This document shows, one piece after another, positions 14,147-26,719 of a stretch of DNA of 64,000 nucleotides (its first letter is position 1; every line of letters starts with the position of its first letter). This DNA comes from Nymphaea colorata (Eukaryota), in assembly GCF_008831285.2 (NCBI RefSeq), contig NC_045138.2, positions 40,796,001 through 40,860,000 on the forward strand, given 5' to 3'. Both the position numbers and the translations under genes were made by a program. The notes beneath the pieces are model-generated. The model was not told the DNA's origin. It searched no databases and saw only the letters and a program-made list of their open reading frames with translations.

Positions 14147-17100
14147 CCAAATGATATCTTGTACCTGTTTTACTATCAGAATTTGAATCTCTTGTTACCC
14201 TTTTTCTTCCTGAGTATAACCATGAGGACTTGCCCCCTCCCCACTCTCTACTGTTAACACATTCTAAAAGTACAATTCTTACTATTAACTTCAATCTTTT
14301 TCTGTGTTTTAAAATTTCTTCAAACATCAGCTCAGGCACAGTCTTCCGCAGCCCCACTACCAATTAGTCTCTTTCCCTTTTCCTTTACTGTGGGAAATGA
14401 TTTCTTTTGTTTCCTTCATTTTTAAGTTTTAATTTCCTTCTTTTCTGGGATTGTAGTCATATGCACCGACACCCAATTTGCTACAGATCATTTTCATGCC
14501 AAATTGTGCCTCTTTTAGTAACTGCACTACTCTCTCCTTCCCTCTCTAAGGTTATTATATTATTATTGTTATTGTGACGAGGATTGCGATGTAGATTCTC
14601 CTTATCTCCCTAGTTGGGAATGAGATCATCAACTTTCTATATATGTCCAAGCTACACTTAGCCTTTTAATTTTCCTTCAATCGATGTGCTGGAATGGAGG
14701 CCGAAGATTTGAGGGGAGACAGTGGATCCGCTTTCTGATTCTCCAATCTCCCCTACCCGGCCTTCTTCCCCTTTACAATCTCTTTCGGTTCGTGGGATGC
14801 AAAATCATGATTCTGATCTTCCATTTTGCTACAGGCCATGTCTGTCTTCTTTTGTATACATGATTGGATTTATCGCTTGTACACATTTATCCACCACCTG
14901 CCAAAGAGCGTTTATCATTCATGAATGCAACAAAGAAGTTTGAGTGTAAGGCACTCCACGCCATAGCTGCCAAGGCCAAGATCATTCTTTCCCGTTTCTA
15001 TATAAAAAAGAAAAAATCAATGCTTGCTTTTCTATCTGGTTCTCTTTCTTTCCTCTTCTTTATTTCATTTAAGTTTTCTGTCACCGAGCAGACATATATC
15101 ATGTCTTCTCTTTTGTGGGATCACGGGGTAGGTCGATCGACACGACATTTTTATTTGGTTGGCGTTTGAGGGCCCTTTGCTCTCTTATTAATGCAACACC
15201 ACCACTGGCAGGATATACACGTCATGTGGTGTAAAATTTCGAAGCTTTTCATAAGTGATATGGTAAATCTTGCTTAGATGCTCGGGTGGGCACCATAATT
15301 TATTCCTTTTATACCTAGCAGCAAAATCTTTGGGAGTATATTTTAGTTGATTTTATGGAAAGATGAGCGGTGTATCTTTCAATATTGTGAGGAATATGCG
15401 TGGTCATGTTTGTTCCGTATAAAAGTGAAGCACCCTTTAAATGTCGTGTTTCATAAAATCCTTCAATTTGCATTTTCAAAAATCTTTCTTTTCTTAAGTG
15501 GGTTGTTCTTATTCTGATCTCCTCTGTGTTGCCTACTTAGAGCAGAGCATACTAACTACTTCTTGTCTTGTGCTGCTACGCCAAATTCGTAGTTTATGAA
15601 GCAAGTTGTTTGAAGCTTATAATCTGCACTGCCATTATCTCTCTCTCTTAGCCTGCGCTGCATTGAAAATGGAGAATGAAATTGGCAGTTACACTATTAT
15701 TGTGGTTCCGGGAAGAAGTCGAATGCTTGAAGTTTTGCAATATACTATGATTAGGAAGATATGCAACGACAAAGTAACTTAAACACTCCATAATTGAGCT
15801 AATAGATATTGCAAATATAGAAATGGGGATCTAGAATGTTAACTTTTGTGAATGTGGCATGTTTGCCAAAGTATCTTTTGGTTTGGTTGTCTGATTGATG
15901 AGTAAACCTAATTTAACAAGAATCATTTCAAGACGATCAGCTAGTACTTTGCGCTTCAAAATATTTATTTTCCGATGTATAGGCGGTTTCTCGGATGCAG
16001 AATACTTCTCTAACTTCCTAGACATCCATTCGTATCCCTATCACATCGTTATCGTTACTGGAATGTAGTCTATATAAGCAGCAAAATGCTTTCCCTGATC
16101 TTCCACAAAGGATATTCAATCAACCCCTCCATATCATATATTAGGGATCATAACTATGAAGCTAGCTACCACATATACTCAATATATGGAACTTTTCTCC
16201 TTGTATTTTTCTTGTAGTCGTGATCCCGTGAATTTCAGGCTTTCATATTGTAAAACCAGTAAATTTGTAACGTAGAATTGCGGTAAGATCGAATCAGGCT
16301 AGTTGAAGGGGAAGCAAGCTACTGTAGTTTAGTTTGTGGTTTCTTCAACTGAAGAAATATTTGAATGAAACATTGTTTTTAAAACAATTTAAATGTATAC
16401 AAAGGACCATTGAAGTATTAAGATACATGAGTTACATGCCAAGCTGCATAGGATTAATATTCTGATAATCTTGAAAATTCTAATAGCGATTCTAGGTATT
16501 CATGCATTTAGATTCAAGAGGATGCATGTCTTAACTGAGGAGATCAGTCATCCGGCTCCTGCATCATGGACCAACGCAATTTAAGTTATTTCATAAGATG
16601 ACAGATTGCATTTTTAAATTGAAGGTGTATTTCGAACTTCGGGATTGGAATGAATGGAAGGAGAACATCGTGGGTATGCATGCATGCATGTGGCCACTTC
16701 TGTTGGGACATCATTCCTTTGAGTTTGTGATAAGCATTAGAACTGTCGACACTTGATGTGAAGAATTTTTTATCCCGAAGAAGCTACTCGCAGATCATGG
16801 GTTTGTAACTTACACAGTCAGTATATGCCGTAAGTAAATAAACTTTCTACCCAAACTATTTAACCTTGCCTTGCAGAAGCACTGTTTTGGAGCACTAAAA
16901 GCTATTGTGGTCGACAATACCGACGTTATTGTGTGCAATCATTCCTATATATTAATGGAAACTTCAGTATCTCAATATGTGTTATTCTGATATTATATAC
17001 ATGCATGAATGAATTCCTCCTCAAAGGATGGTCGCCTGAGGAAATTTTAATAAGTAGAAAGAAAAGAAATTTTCCAGAGGTTGACAGGGAAGGTATTGCA

Positions 17101-20100
17101 TGTGCATATGCGCTCTCCAACGACTAATAGGACACATTTTCTCCGTGTTTCAATATCTAGAGTAAAGAATCACAAGTTCATTCCATAGCCTGTGTAATTT
17201 AATTAGCTCAAGTTGAGGCCTTCAGTTGCCACAAACTGCATCGATATGTTTTCACCTTCTTACCTCCCAAAACGAAAACCTCTGATAACTTTTTGAAGGC
17301 CGTAAGCAAAAGCAAAAGGATGGTCTTGTCAAGCTGTGTAAAAAAATGATCCCCAAAGGTTGCTTACCTCTCATGCACAGCATATTGTACGATAAGGTAT
17401 ATCCATACGAACCAAAATTCGCCATTAACATAATATCGTTGGAGAATGTGGAGACAAATGGTCCTTGCATGTAGAAAGTGAAGAACAACAAGCAGAAATT
17501 CTCTTGTTCAACAGTCTCGCATCAACTCCCCTCGCCCACTAAGTGCATCCTTCTTTGGCTCCAAAAGAGGCAATGCTTATCCAATGGGATTCGAATTCAC
17601 GGCATCTCATCGACCTGGTCACTGGCATTTAAGAGTTCTCCAACTCTATGGGTGTATCCTTCATGAGCATCTTAACTATTATGTACTATGTACAACTAAT
17701 GTCGGCAGATATCTTAATGAGACTAGTAAATCTTCACACTGGGGGTCTATCAATCAGCCTTGCTCATCATTATATATTAGATTTTATCTCCATCTACCTA
17801 TTGTAAGAATAACAAGCATATATATATATATATATCGAGAGAGAGAGAGAGAGAGAGAAGGTCACTTTTACATTAATATAATATTGAAATTTTGACAAGC
17901 CAAGGCGGCATGTGGCGGCCTTATATGTAGCTGACTTCTACTGAGTTTGTCGTCAGGCCGTCTGCTTCGTAGGGATGTTCTCCAGCTTTAACCAGATAAG
18001 ATTGGATTACAGAGAGACACCATCTTGGTTGTCATTTTTTTGCTTGCTTTTAAACTCATCATCAAGGCCTCATCCTTGTGTCGGGGATATAACCGTTCGG
18101 ACGTTCAAGACAACTACTAAATATATCTGGAAGTTAGGTCCCAAAAGATGACAAAATGCCGACACAAGATCCAAGCCTTCAGCGTCCCCTGTCCGGAACA
18201 CAAGAATCATCGCTTATTATCATTTGGGGTCCTACCCATTGCTTATTATAATATATATGCAGAATGCCCTATGCCCATATGGGACGTAGCCTTACCATAA
18301 CCTATGATATGGACCTTTTCTTAGGTGCATATAAAATTTCTATGATAACCACTAGTATTGAACATAAACAATTCAACATTATATGTTTTATATATACAAA
18401 TTTTTTGGTATGTGCTACACAACTGTCTTAGCTTCCCTATGAGAACATCATGAATGGACAGAAAACTGCATCACTCGTGTGAAGAGCAATTATGCCTTTT
18501 CTTATTTTTCGAAGAAAAACTTTCACGTATGTTTGAGAATGTAATACATTAGTATAGTTTTAGGGATATCTTCTCCCTCACTTTATCGTTTCTTTTGCAA
18601 TTTTTATATGTAATTAGGGTCATTAGTACGTAGACTTCTCTCCTTTTTCCATTATTGCAGGTAGCTTTCTAAGAGGACAAAAGTGGGGAGACAAAAAGAG
18701 AAGGGTGAGAAGATACCAAAAAAAAAGAATTTTTAATGTAATGCAAGATTTTCCTGTACCAATCACACGTTATTTTGTAATTATATAATTGATTGCAATA
18801 ATCATGACAGAGGGAATTGCGGGCCTTCTAGATGAATAAAAAATGTTGGGCATCATCTTCTTTTAGAGAAGGCAGTGGCCGATCGACGTTGACACTTTAT
18901 TCTTTCCTTCTCCTTTGACATGCAAATCGTATCTTCGTTTTAACCTTTCACCTTTGTTGTGTACTCTGGAAGATATAGTAAAGTAAACTTCAGTACTGGT
19001 AAATCTATTACAAAAAAGTTAAACTGTGAATCATGGAAGCAATTTTTTCCTTTTTCCTTTTACAAGAGAAGGACGAATATCCAAAAAAAGGTTCTGTCCA
19101 AGCTTCTTTATCTTGATTAATTAAGAGAAGGCTTCAGTTTTCAGACTTTCTTATATGGGGCTTATAACAACTGCCAAACACAGAACAGATCTTCAATTAC
19201 CAGCATGCTATTTGATTTGACAGATAGGAAAAAGTTACTGCAGTCAGTCCCCCATATTGTGCCAGTTTATTTAATCTAAGAGGTAGAAAGACTGTTACAG
19301 TTGTTCATCAAAATTAAATTGTTGGCAGATGCCAGAAACTGGGAAGCTTTTTCTAAGGAATGATTATCTCATTTGGACTCTTTTAGGACTAGGACCGCAG
19401 TATCATAATCTTCAAGATTCAAGAAGGAAAGCAGCAGTAAAAAGTTATCAAGTTTAAGCTAGAGAAGAAGCAAAAATTAAGCAAAAGGACCAGAGAACAT
19501 AAGTTGAATGACTCCAATAGGCATAGTGCTATATGTTTCTCATGATTAATGGTGTCAAATGGCTAGTGTTGCACCATGGGGTCACAAAAGCAATCCCGAC
19601 CAATCGTGGTTGGCCATGTGGACTAGATTAATCCCCAACATTTGGCTCATATCTAGACCATTTTACCAAAGATTCGCCCAATATAGATAGAGCTTTCTGC
19701 TCTAGGTTGTCACCTGATGTTGGCTAAAAGGGCAAAACAGTTCTGGTTCTTAGGCAGGTTCCTCATCATAAAAGAAAAAAGTAAAGGAAATCAAGATTGG
19801 TAGCTGCTAAATGTGAAGCTAGCTCCAGCATCCAAAATATTTGCCCACAAGTGGCTGATCTGTTTGTTTCTTGTAAGGCTCCAGAAGAGTATGTCCTTTC
19901 AGTGGTTGATCAGAAACCGTGTGTTGCTTGTCCTCTTGATTCTCTGCCTCTTGTTTGGTTCTAGCTAGTCCATAAAGTAGAAAGAATGTTCCATAGTTAC
20001 CAATAACAGAAACACAATACAGGAAGCACTGCATCATTAATTATCTGTGGAAGCAGTGGCTAACAGGAGATGAATTAGAACCGGGGAAGCAACTTTAGGA

Positions 20101-20709
20101 AAGGAAGCGAGTTCTTAACCCATATGTTGGTGACTTTTTTTAATTTTGCATTTGTTCATGTCATTAAAGTGCACATGCTTGACCTTTCATTTGATGGATA
20201 CGACAGATATTTGCAGTAGGTCAATGGATGACAGACCAATGGTGGTGATGCATGTGGGCTTGTTTGGGCAATTGCCCATATACATATAACATTGGTGCCT
20301 CCCAAATATTTGACTATATAGTACTTGAAGGGTCTAAAGGGGCCAAAATTTCACTATTAATTTGTATTAGTTCCTGCCTATCGGCTGGAAATTTTTGGCT
20401 CCATGGGCCCATGGCATAAGAATCATGATTTGTGCTGGATTTTAAGTTTGGGGTCTAATCATGATGGGTTGGACCCGGATCTGTTCTCTGATGGAGGACT
20501 TCTATATATGCACGCAAAGTGAAAGTCATGAGGTATATATATATATATATATTTCCTACAATAGTTTTTCGTTCACTACTCTGTTGCCTTCTCAAGCAGG
20601 TCTAAGTTCAATTCCACTTTATACTCATTTAGATAAACTTGCAAAGATATCTCTATAATGGCAGAGACAGATTCAGTCCGTGGGTATACCGCAGATTCAA
20701 GTTTAAAAT

Positions 20710-20711
<2 letters not shown>

Positions 20712-20778
<67 letters not shown>
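20712..20778. repeat. (TA)n microsatellite
   Basis: Seen directly. Confidence 0.98.
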
Positions 20779-20781
<3 letters not shown>

Positions 20782-21453
20782 TATAAACAAACCCTATGGA
20801 GACAAAATTGGAAGAGCACATTTATGTAAGGATGAAAAGAGTCAAATGCCATTTCCTTTGCAAACAAAGCCAGAAAAGAAAAAAAAAAACTCTCAACAAA
20901 AGCAAAAGCGGAGAGAGTGATAGGTAAATTTTTAATTGCAGACATTAATATGTAAGTATATGGGCTTTAAAAAAGTTAAGGAGCATGTCACTTGGCTTAT
21001 GTGTGTCCCTAGCTAGGGTTCTATTATGTATATAGGCCATATAGTTTTGGCGACACGAAAACTTATTCTCCTCTATCTTAGAACTTTTTCACCGTGGTAA
21101 AATGGTGAAGAAGCTTGCATATATAACTTTTTATCTCCTCCTTTTTCCTGTAAAAATAAGAAAGAAACGGGAAATTTTCAGTGGTAATAGCACATTACCA
21201 TGTGGGATATGCATTCTCCAACGGAAGGGAAGAAAAAAGTGCCACCTATCAAACACCAAATAAATTTGCAAACAGGTCCCCTTTAAGAGGGCGTGTTTGA
21301 TAGTTTCGGATTTGAGAGGATCTTTGATTATATACCTTGGATCCCAGATTGGGCACCATGTTAGATTATATGCACATTTTGAATTTTTTTCACTGCCCCT
21401 TTTGTGACACTTTGCCCTTGGTTTTCATGGACAAATCATAGTCCAAATCCTAT

Positions 21454-21932
21454 AGGGTGTGTTTGATAGTTTCGGATTTCATATCTGAGCCCGATCTAAA
21501 GAATTTTTTTTACGTAAGACTCATAGAGTAAACAAATGCCAGATTTCACCACTATGTGAAAAGAGGATTTGATATTTTCGATATATAGCTGAACTACAGA
21601 TTTGAAGTTGGACTGGAGAGGGGTCTGACCGCAAATCCTCGGATCTGAGATCCCTAGTGATCAGATCCAAGCTACACAAACAAGTTCTTAAGATATGTTT
21701 GTTTTTCTCGGATATCAAATCCAAGGTGATATGACGTCGCGGAACTCGGATTTGAAGAACTGTGGTTCCACCTTTACCCCCCTCCCTCCTTGCCTAATGG
21801 ATCTCAGATATGAATCCCTACTTAACGTGGTTCAATATAAAACACATGGTATGAAGATCTACTATTTGTTTAACCAGTAGATCCTACAAAGTGTAGATAT
21901 TATATCTGAGATTCGAGTCTATCAAACACATT
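21454..21932. mobile_element. PIF/Harbinger (Tourist)-like MITE, with a second partial left end at about 21288
   Basis: Perfect inverted termini TGTGTTTGATAG (21458) / CTATCAAACACA (21919-21930) and a GATC-rich interior. GTGTTTGATAGTTTCGGATTT is repeated at about 21293. Confidence 0.7.
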
Positions 21933-22764
21933 AGCTGAATGCCAACCGCAAGTATTGAAATCTTCCCAAACATAATTAAGAGCATTTAAACTCAGCAAAA
22001 AAAGACGCACCGCACCGATTTTGAATACACGTTAGAAAGCAGTTCAGGAATGAACCTGATGGATCAAATATGGATATAGGGCTGTAACGACGTTGATTCA
22101 GGTCTATTAAATGAATATTAATTGCCTTTTTTAGGCAATTTTTTTTTATCTTAAATTCCTTTTTATTTTAATTTCGAGAACCAAAATAATATTTTGAGTC
22201 GCTTACTTTCATTTGCTTCTATTTAGCTCACTATAGTTTAACCTAAAATAAGCCGCAACACTAAAACAACTTCCTCTTTGCCGATCGATCATCGAAACTG
22301 GTGGCTTCGTTGGGAAGAAATTCGTTGACTTGAAGCTCTTATTTGGAATTAAAGGCAAAATGTTGGCCTTGTGGTTTGAAATTCTCTGACGCGTTCCATC
22401 GTGTTGACTTTGGATGATTTCCCTTTCACGCCTTAAATTTTTCTTTCTGCTTTTTCGACGACAGGTAAGTTAAAAGTTACGAATTTCCCGGAAAGAGCTG
22501 CGTCGTGCTTTTTCAAAATGCTGCTTTTTAACTTTTGACATTCTCTTGTGCGGAAGAAACTTTTCTTCCTGCCAAAAGCTGCCAACTTTTGAGTTTAATG
22601 CCTTAAAACTCAAGACCGCTTTTTACTAAAAAATTATAAATCAAAAAAAAAAAAAAAAAAAAACAATAAGAAAGAGAAAACTGGTTTCTTGTATTTTTCT
22701 AAAAGAGTGCTTTCAATCAGCTAATGAGCAATTATAAGCGCATTGGACCAGGTCCAGAGATATA

Positions 22765-23040
22765 TAAGGATGTCAATGGATCAAACATTGACTAATATAA
22801 TTAAAAAGATCAAAACTAAAAAGTTTTAATATTTCATTAACAAGAGGAATGAGATTCAAACTCAGTTTGAAATAAATAATCTACATACAATCGTTCTGAA
22901 AGTTGGATCCTTAACATATCATAATGTGGTGCAGATTTGGTTGTGTATTTAAAATTCAATTAAAATTTTGAATATAAAAACAAAAGTTCGATCGGGATTG
23001 TGAATTTAAAAATCAGTTTTGGATATCATATACACTTTTC
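22765..23040. mobile_element. Degenerate copy of the ATCCGA-rich hAT MITE family
   Basis: Starts TAAGGATGTCAATGGATC, like the family TIR, and contains degenerate GGATTTGG/TTCGAT motifs. Confidence 0.45.
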
Positions 23041-23267
23041 TTCATTAATCATTAATAAAGGTTGCGTGCGTCCTTATGCCTGTGCAACTTAGGCACGTAG
23101 TAAAAGAAGGGGGATGCCTTTGTAATTAACAAAAAAAACATGTTTTTTGTAGTCATTTTATTTTTTATTTTTATTTTATCTAAAACTTGTCTTTTTTTTT
23201 TGTGAACGAGAGATACTTGTGTTATTACTAAATTTCATGATGCACATATAACTAGCTTTGTTTGTTC

Positions 23268-23300
<33 letters not shown>

Positions 23301-23315
23301 ATAATGGTGAAAATT

Positions 23316-23672
23316 AAGAGTGTTACAGATATTCGACCGAACAAATCACAGAAACTCAGATACGAAAAAAATTTAATATCCAACTAAGAAATCTGATCAT
23401 ATTCGAATTTAGGAAATGACATTTGATCGGATTTGGATTTCATTTGGATACAGCTTCGGATCATATTTATTTTTAAATGATATTCCTATATCTAATGCTC
23501 TTACATTTTTAAAATTGGCAAAATTTGGATTCGAATTTGGATATGAATATAAAAATCAGGTTTGGATCATGAAATCAGATTTTGGATTCAGACACAGATA
23601 TGACTTTTCTTTATTCATATCCAAAACTGAATTGGAATAATCCGACTTCAATCTAATCGGTTAACATCCCTA
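23316..23672. mobile_element. hAT-type MITE, same family as 26303-26719, opposite orientation
   Basis: Blocks such as TAAGAAATCTGATC...GGAAATGACATT and AATGCTCTTACATTTTTAAAATTGGC match the reverse complement of parts of 26480-26630. The element ends in TTAACATCCCTA. Confidence 0.7.
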
Positions 23673-24034
23673 TGTAAATCCAGTGTTCCTTTACTCTTTG
23701 GATCCTATTTAAAAGGAATACCAGATCAACCTGAAATTGATCTGAGATCCAAGGCTCTGATCAAACACATCCTAATGTTAGAACTTCGTTTGGCTACGGC
23801 CTCCTCACCAAAATGATGCAGCCAATGTTGCGGAATCATTAACACTTAGTTTTTTTTTTTTTTTGCATCCATTTCTCTTTGAATGTTGTCTCTTTGAATA
23901 TTCCTCCCTCTGGTTAAAATGAGCGAAGGCGAATGCTTAGTTGCCTTTTGTTTTTGCGGTATGTTGCATTTAGGCGACTTCTTGTCTTTAAATTTGTTAT
24001 GTATTTTCATTTTATCAATTTTTTCTCTCTCTCT

Positions 24035-24037
<3 letters not shown>

Positions 24038-24092
<55 letters not shown>
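24038..24092. repeat. (TA)n microsatellite
   Basis: Seen directly. Confidence 0.98.
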
Positions 24093-24094
<2 letters not shown>

Positions 24095-26302
24095 ATTTTC
24101 AGTTATGACTGTACATATTCCGGGATATCTTAGTGGAAACACTAAACATATTACATTTAGGCGCATGAATTATATTGAAAAAGAGCTTTTAAGTGAAGGT
24201 GTTCAACTCGAGGTTTTCTTTTTTTTGGGTTACGTAGTTTAAAAGCTGATAAGAATATTTTTATGAAATTCCATTTCAAGTCTCGAATAATGGGTGTCTC
24301 CCTCTTTCTCTCGGCTCTTGTTGTTCACGAGTAGTGTTGTTCACGAGTAGTGATAGAACTCAGCCACCACAAACTGCTGATCTCCGATTAGCTTGAAAGC
24401 AAAATCTAATAGGAACATGTACCAAACCTCACCTTTCTGAAACGTAACTGCGTCCGTCCTTTTCTCCACACCATTAAGCCATGAATCGAGAGCGCTACGC
24501 GATGCAAGATTCGATGCCCTGTTAAACGCATCGGAACGCTTCAAATCAGCACAAACTTTTCTTCCTGAACGCGTCGGAATTATTCACATTAACACTAACT
24601 TTGCTTTTGATTAAGAATTTGGAGAGGTTCAGCTTATCACGAGGAGACAGGTGAAACCATTTTTCTTTCATGAGACTGAATTGAATATATTATATACTGT
24701 TCTTGGTACCTCTTCTCTTGAAAATATTCCCAGTACTGATCAGCACCTGGAACTATCTTTCCTTACACTAATTGCATGATTATCATGAAACTTCGATCTA
24801 ACTTTATACCTCCGGTCCAACATGATTAATCGTGAAATTAGATCATGCGAATGATTATCCAAATCTTGTGCATGTGTTCGTTCATGGCCGTGCTGGACTT
24901 GATTCTGCGATGTTGAATATGTTGCTCATCAAAATCCAGTCCATTTGCATCCGTAAATACTAGAATCCATTATGTGTTGAAACTTCAACGTGAACCCTTC
25001 CTTGTTGCTTAATGTATTGAACCTTTTTAGGATTACTCTTGGAAGTTCTTTCTCTTTACTCAGAGAATTAAACTAAATCTTGTACTATTTTCATGTTTCA
25101 ATTTATCTTGCACACTGAGTCACAACCTACCACCTCAGTTAGAGGGCATTTGGTACTGGTTCTTAAAATATATGATTCAAGAAGACCATGCTTTTGCTTT
25201 TGAAACACATACTGTGGGATTTTATGAATGTTATTCTTAATATTTATTCCTACATTGGATGTTATTATATCATATTTCTTGCTACTGCAAGAATGTACGT
25301 GTGCGAAGAGCACTATGTTCTTCTTATCAAGCACTCTCTTATGGAGTATGAGTTTCACCATTCTTGCCCAAGCCAAAGCTCTTGATCTTCAAAAGGCCTA
25401 TGCCTTAAATCTTACATTATTAGAGAGGTCACTGTATGCAGGTTGGTTAAACGTAAACGGGTCTTCGACCCCAATATTGGTTTCTCGCATAAAACAATAA
25501 CATAGTGTTACTGTTCAACAATGTTTAGGTTGCATAGACCTTAGATGGCTATAAATATCAATGCGGGTTATATCAGTATATTTCTGCTCTCATCTTATAC
25601 ACGATCAATGCATTTTATTATGTCACAGATGATAAATATTTAACTATATTAGCTTGATGATCCTTGGTAAACGAATCACATGAAACCGTTCAAATACATG
25701 ACCTGCTAAGGTGATGCTAGAGAATCTTTAGATTGGTTTAAAAAAAATGTCAACGGGGGAACTAAAATATGTGTGAGCCTCTATTGTCTTGGGCTCCTGT
25801 CGATACTGCTGCATTACACTGAAGTTCTTTGATCTAGGCGAGCTTGGGCTCTACTATCGAGTGAGGAGTTTAACCCACTCCTTAAAAAAGGCAGGCTGAA
25901 GCTCTCACTCAACCCTTCATCCCTAGAGTACAGGTGGATCGGTTCTTTTAAATGCCGCCCTCGCCACCCTTCAACATTGAGCTCTAAATTCACTTCAATT
26001 TGAAGGTCTTTAAGTCCAATAGCCTATCTTAGTTCGTAGTTTGATATGTTAACTTTTAGATGTATATGAATCACAATCTGGACTGACTCTTGTCAGTAGG
26101 AAAAAAAAAGTTGATCATGATATGCTTCACTAACCAATTTGTCGCGAAAAAAAGCTAGACATGTGGTGGAAGCACATGTGGGGCTAACCTCCGCGATCAC
26201 CCACACCAACCTATGTAAATCTGGACTGACCCTTCTCAATCAGGAATTTTTGTCTTTGCCATTGATCCTGCCTATATTTTTCTAACTAAAACCTACAAAC
26301 TC

Positions 26303-26719
26303 TAGGAATGTCAACTTTTCGTGTTGGAATCGGATGAACCCTTAAGTGTATTCATTTTTTCTGATATTCACATGTGCATATTCGAATACAAACAAAGAAA
26401 AGACATATCTGGATCTGAAATCTGTTTTCAGAATCCGATTTTTACATTAATATTTCAATCCGAATTTTGAGCCGAATATGGCCGATTTTCAAAATGTAAG
26501 GGCATTTGATATAAGATAAAGTTAAATCCGATCCGAATAAAAATTTGAATCCGATCGAACGTTTATGTATATTTGAATCTGAATCCGATTGGATGTCATT
26601 TCTTAAATCCAAATCCGATCTGATTTCTTAATAGGAGATATATTTTTTTTTTCATATCCGATTTTTTTGAAACTGTTTAGTCAGATATCTGGTTCAAATC
26701 AGATATATTGACATTGCTA
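26303..26719. mobile_element. Non-autonomous hAT-type MITE (ATCCGA-rich family)
   Basis: Imperfect TIRs TAGGAATGTCAA / TTGACATTGCTA, an 8-bp target-site duplication ACAAACTC / ACAAACTT, and internal ATCCGA/AATCCG repeats. Confidence 0.8.
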
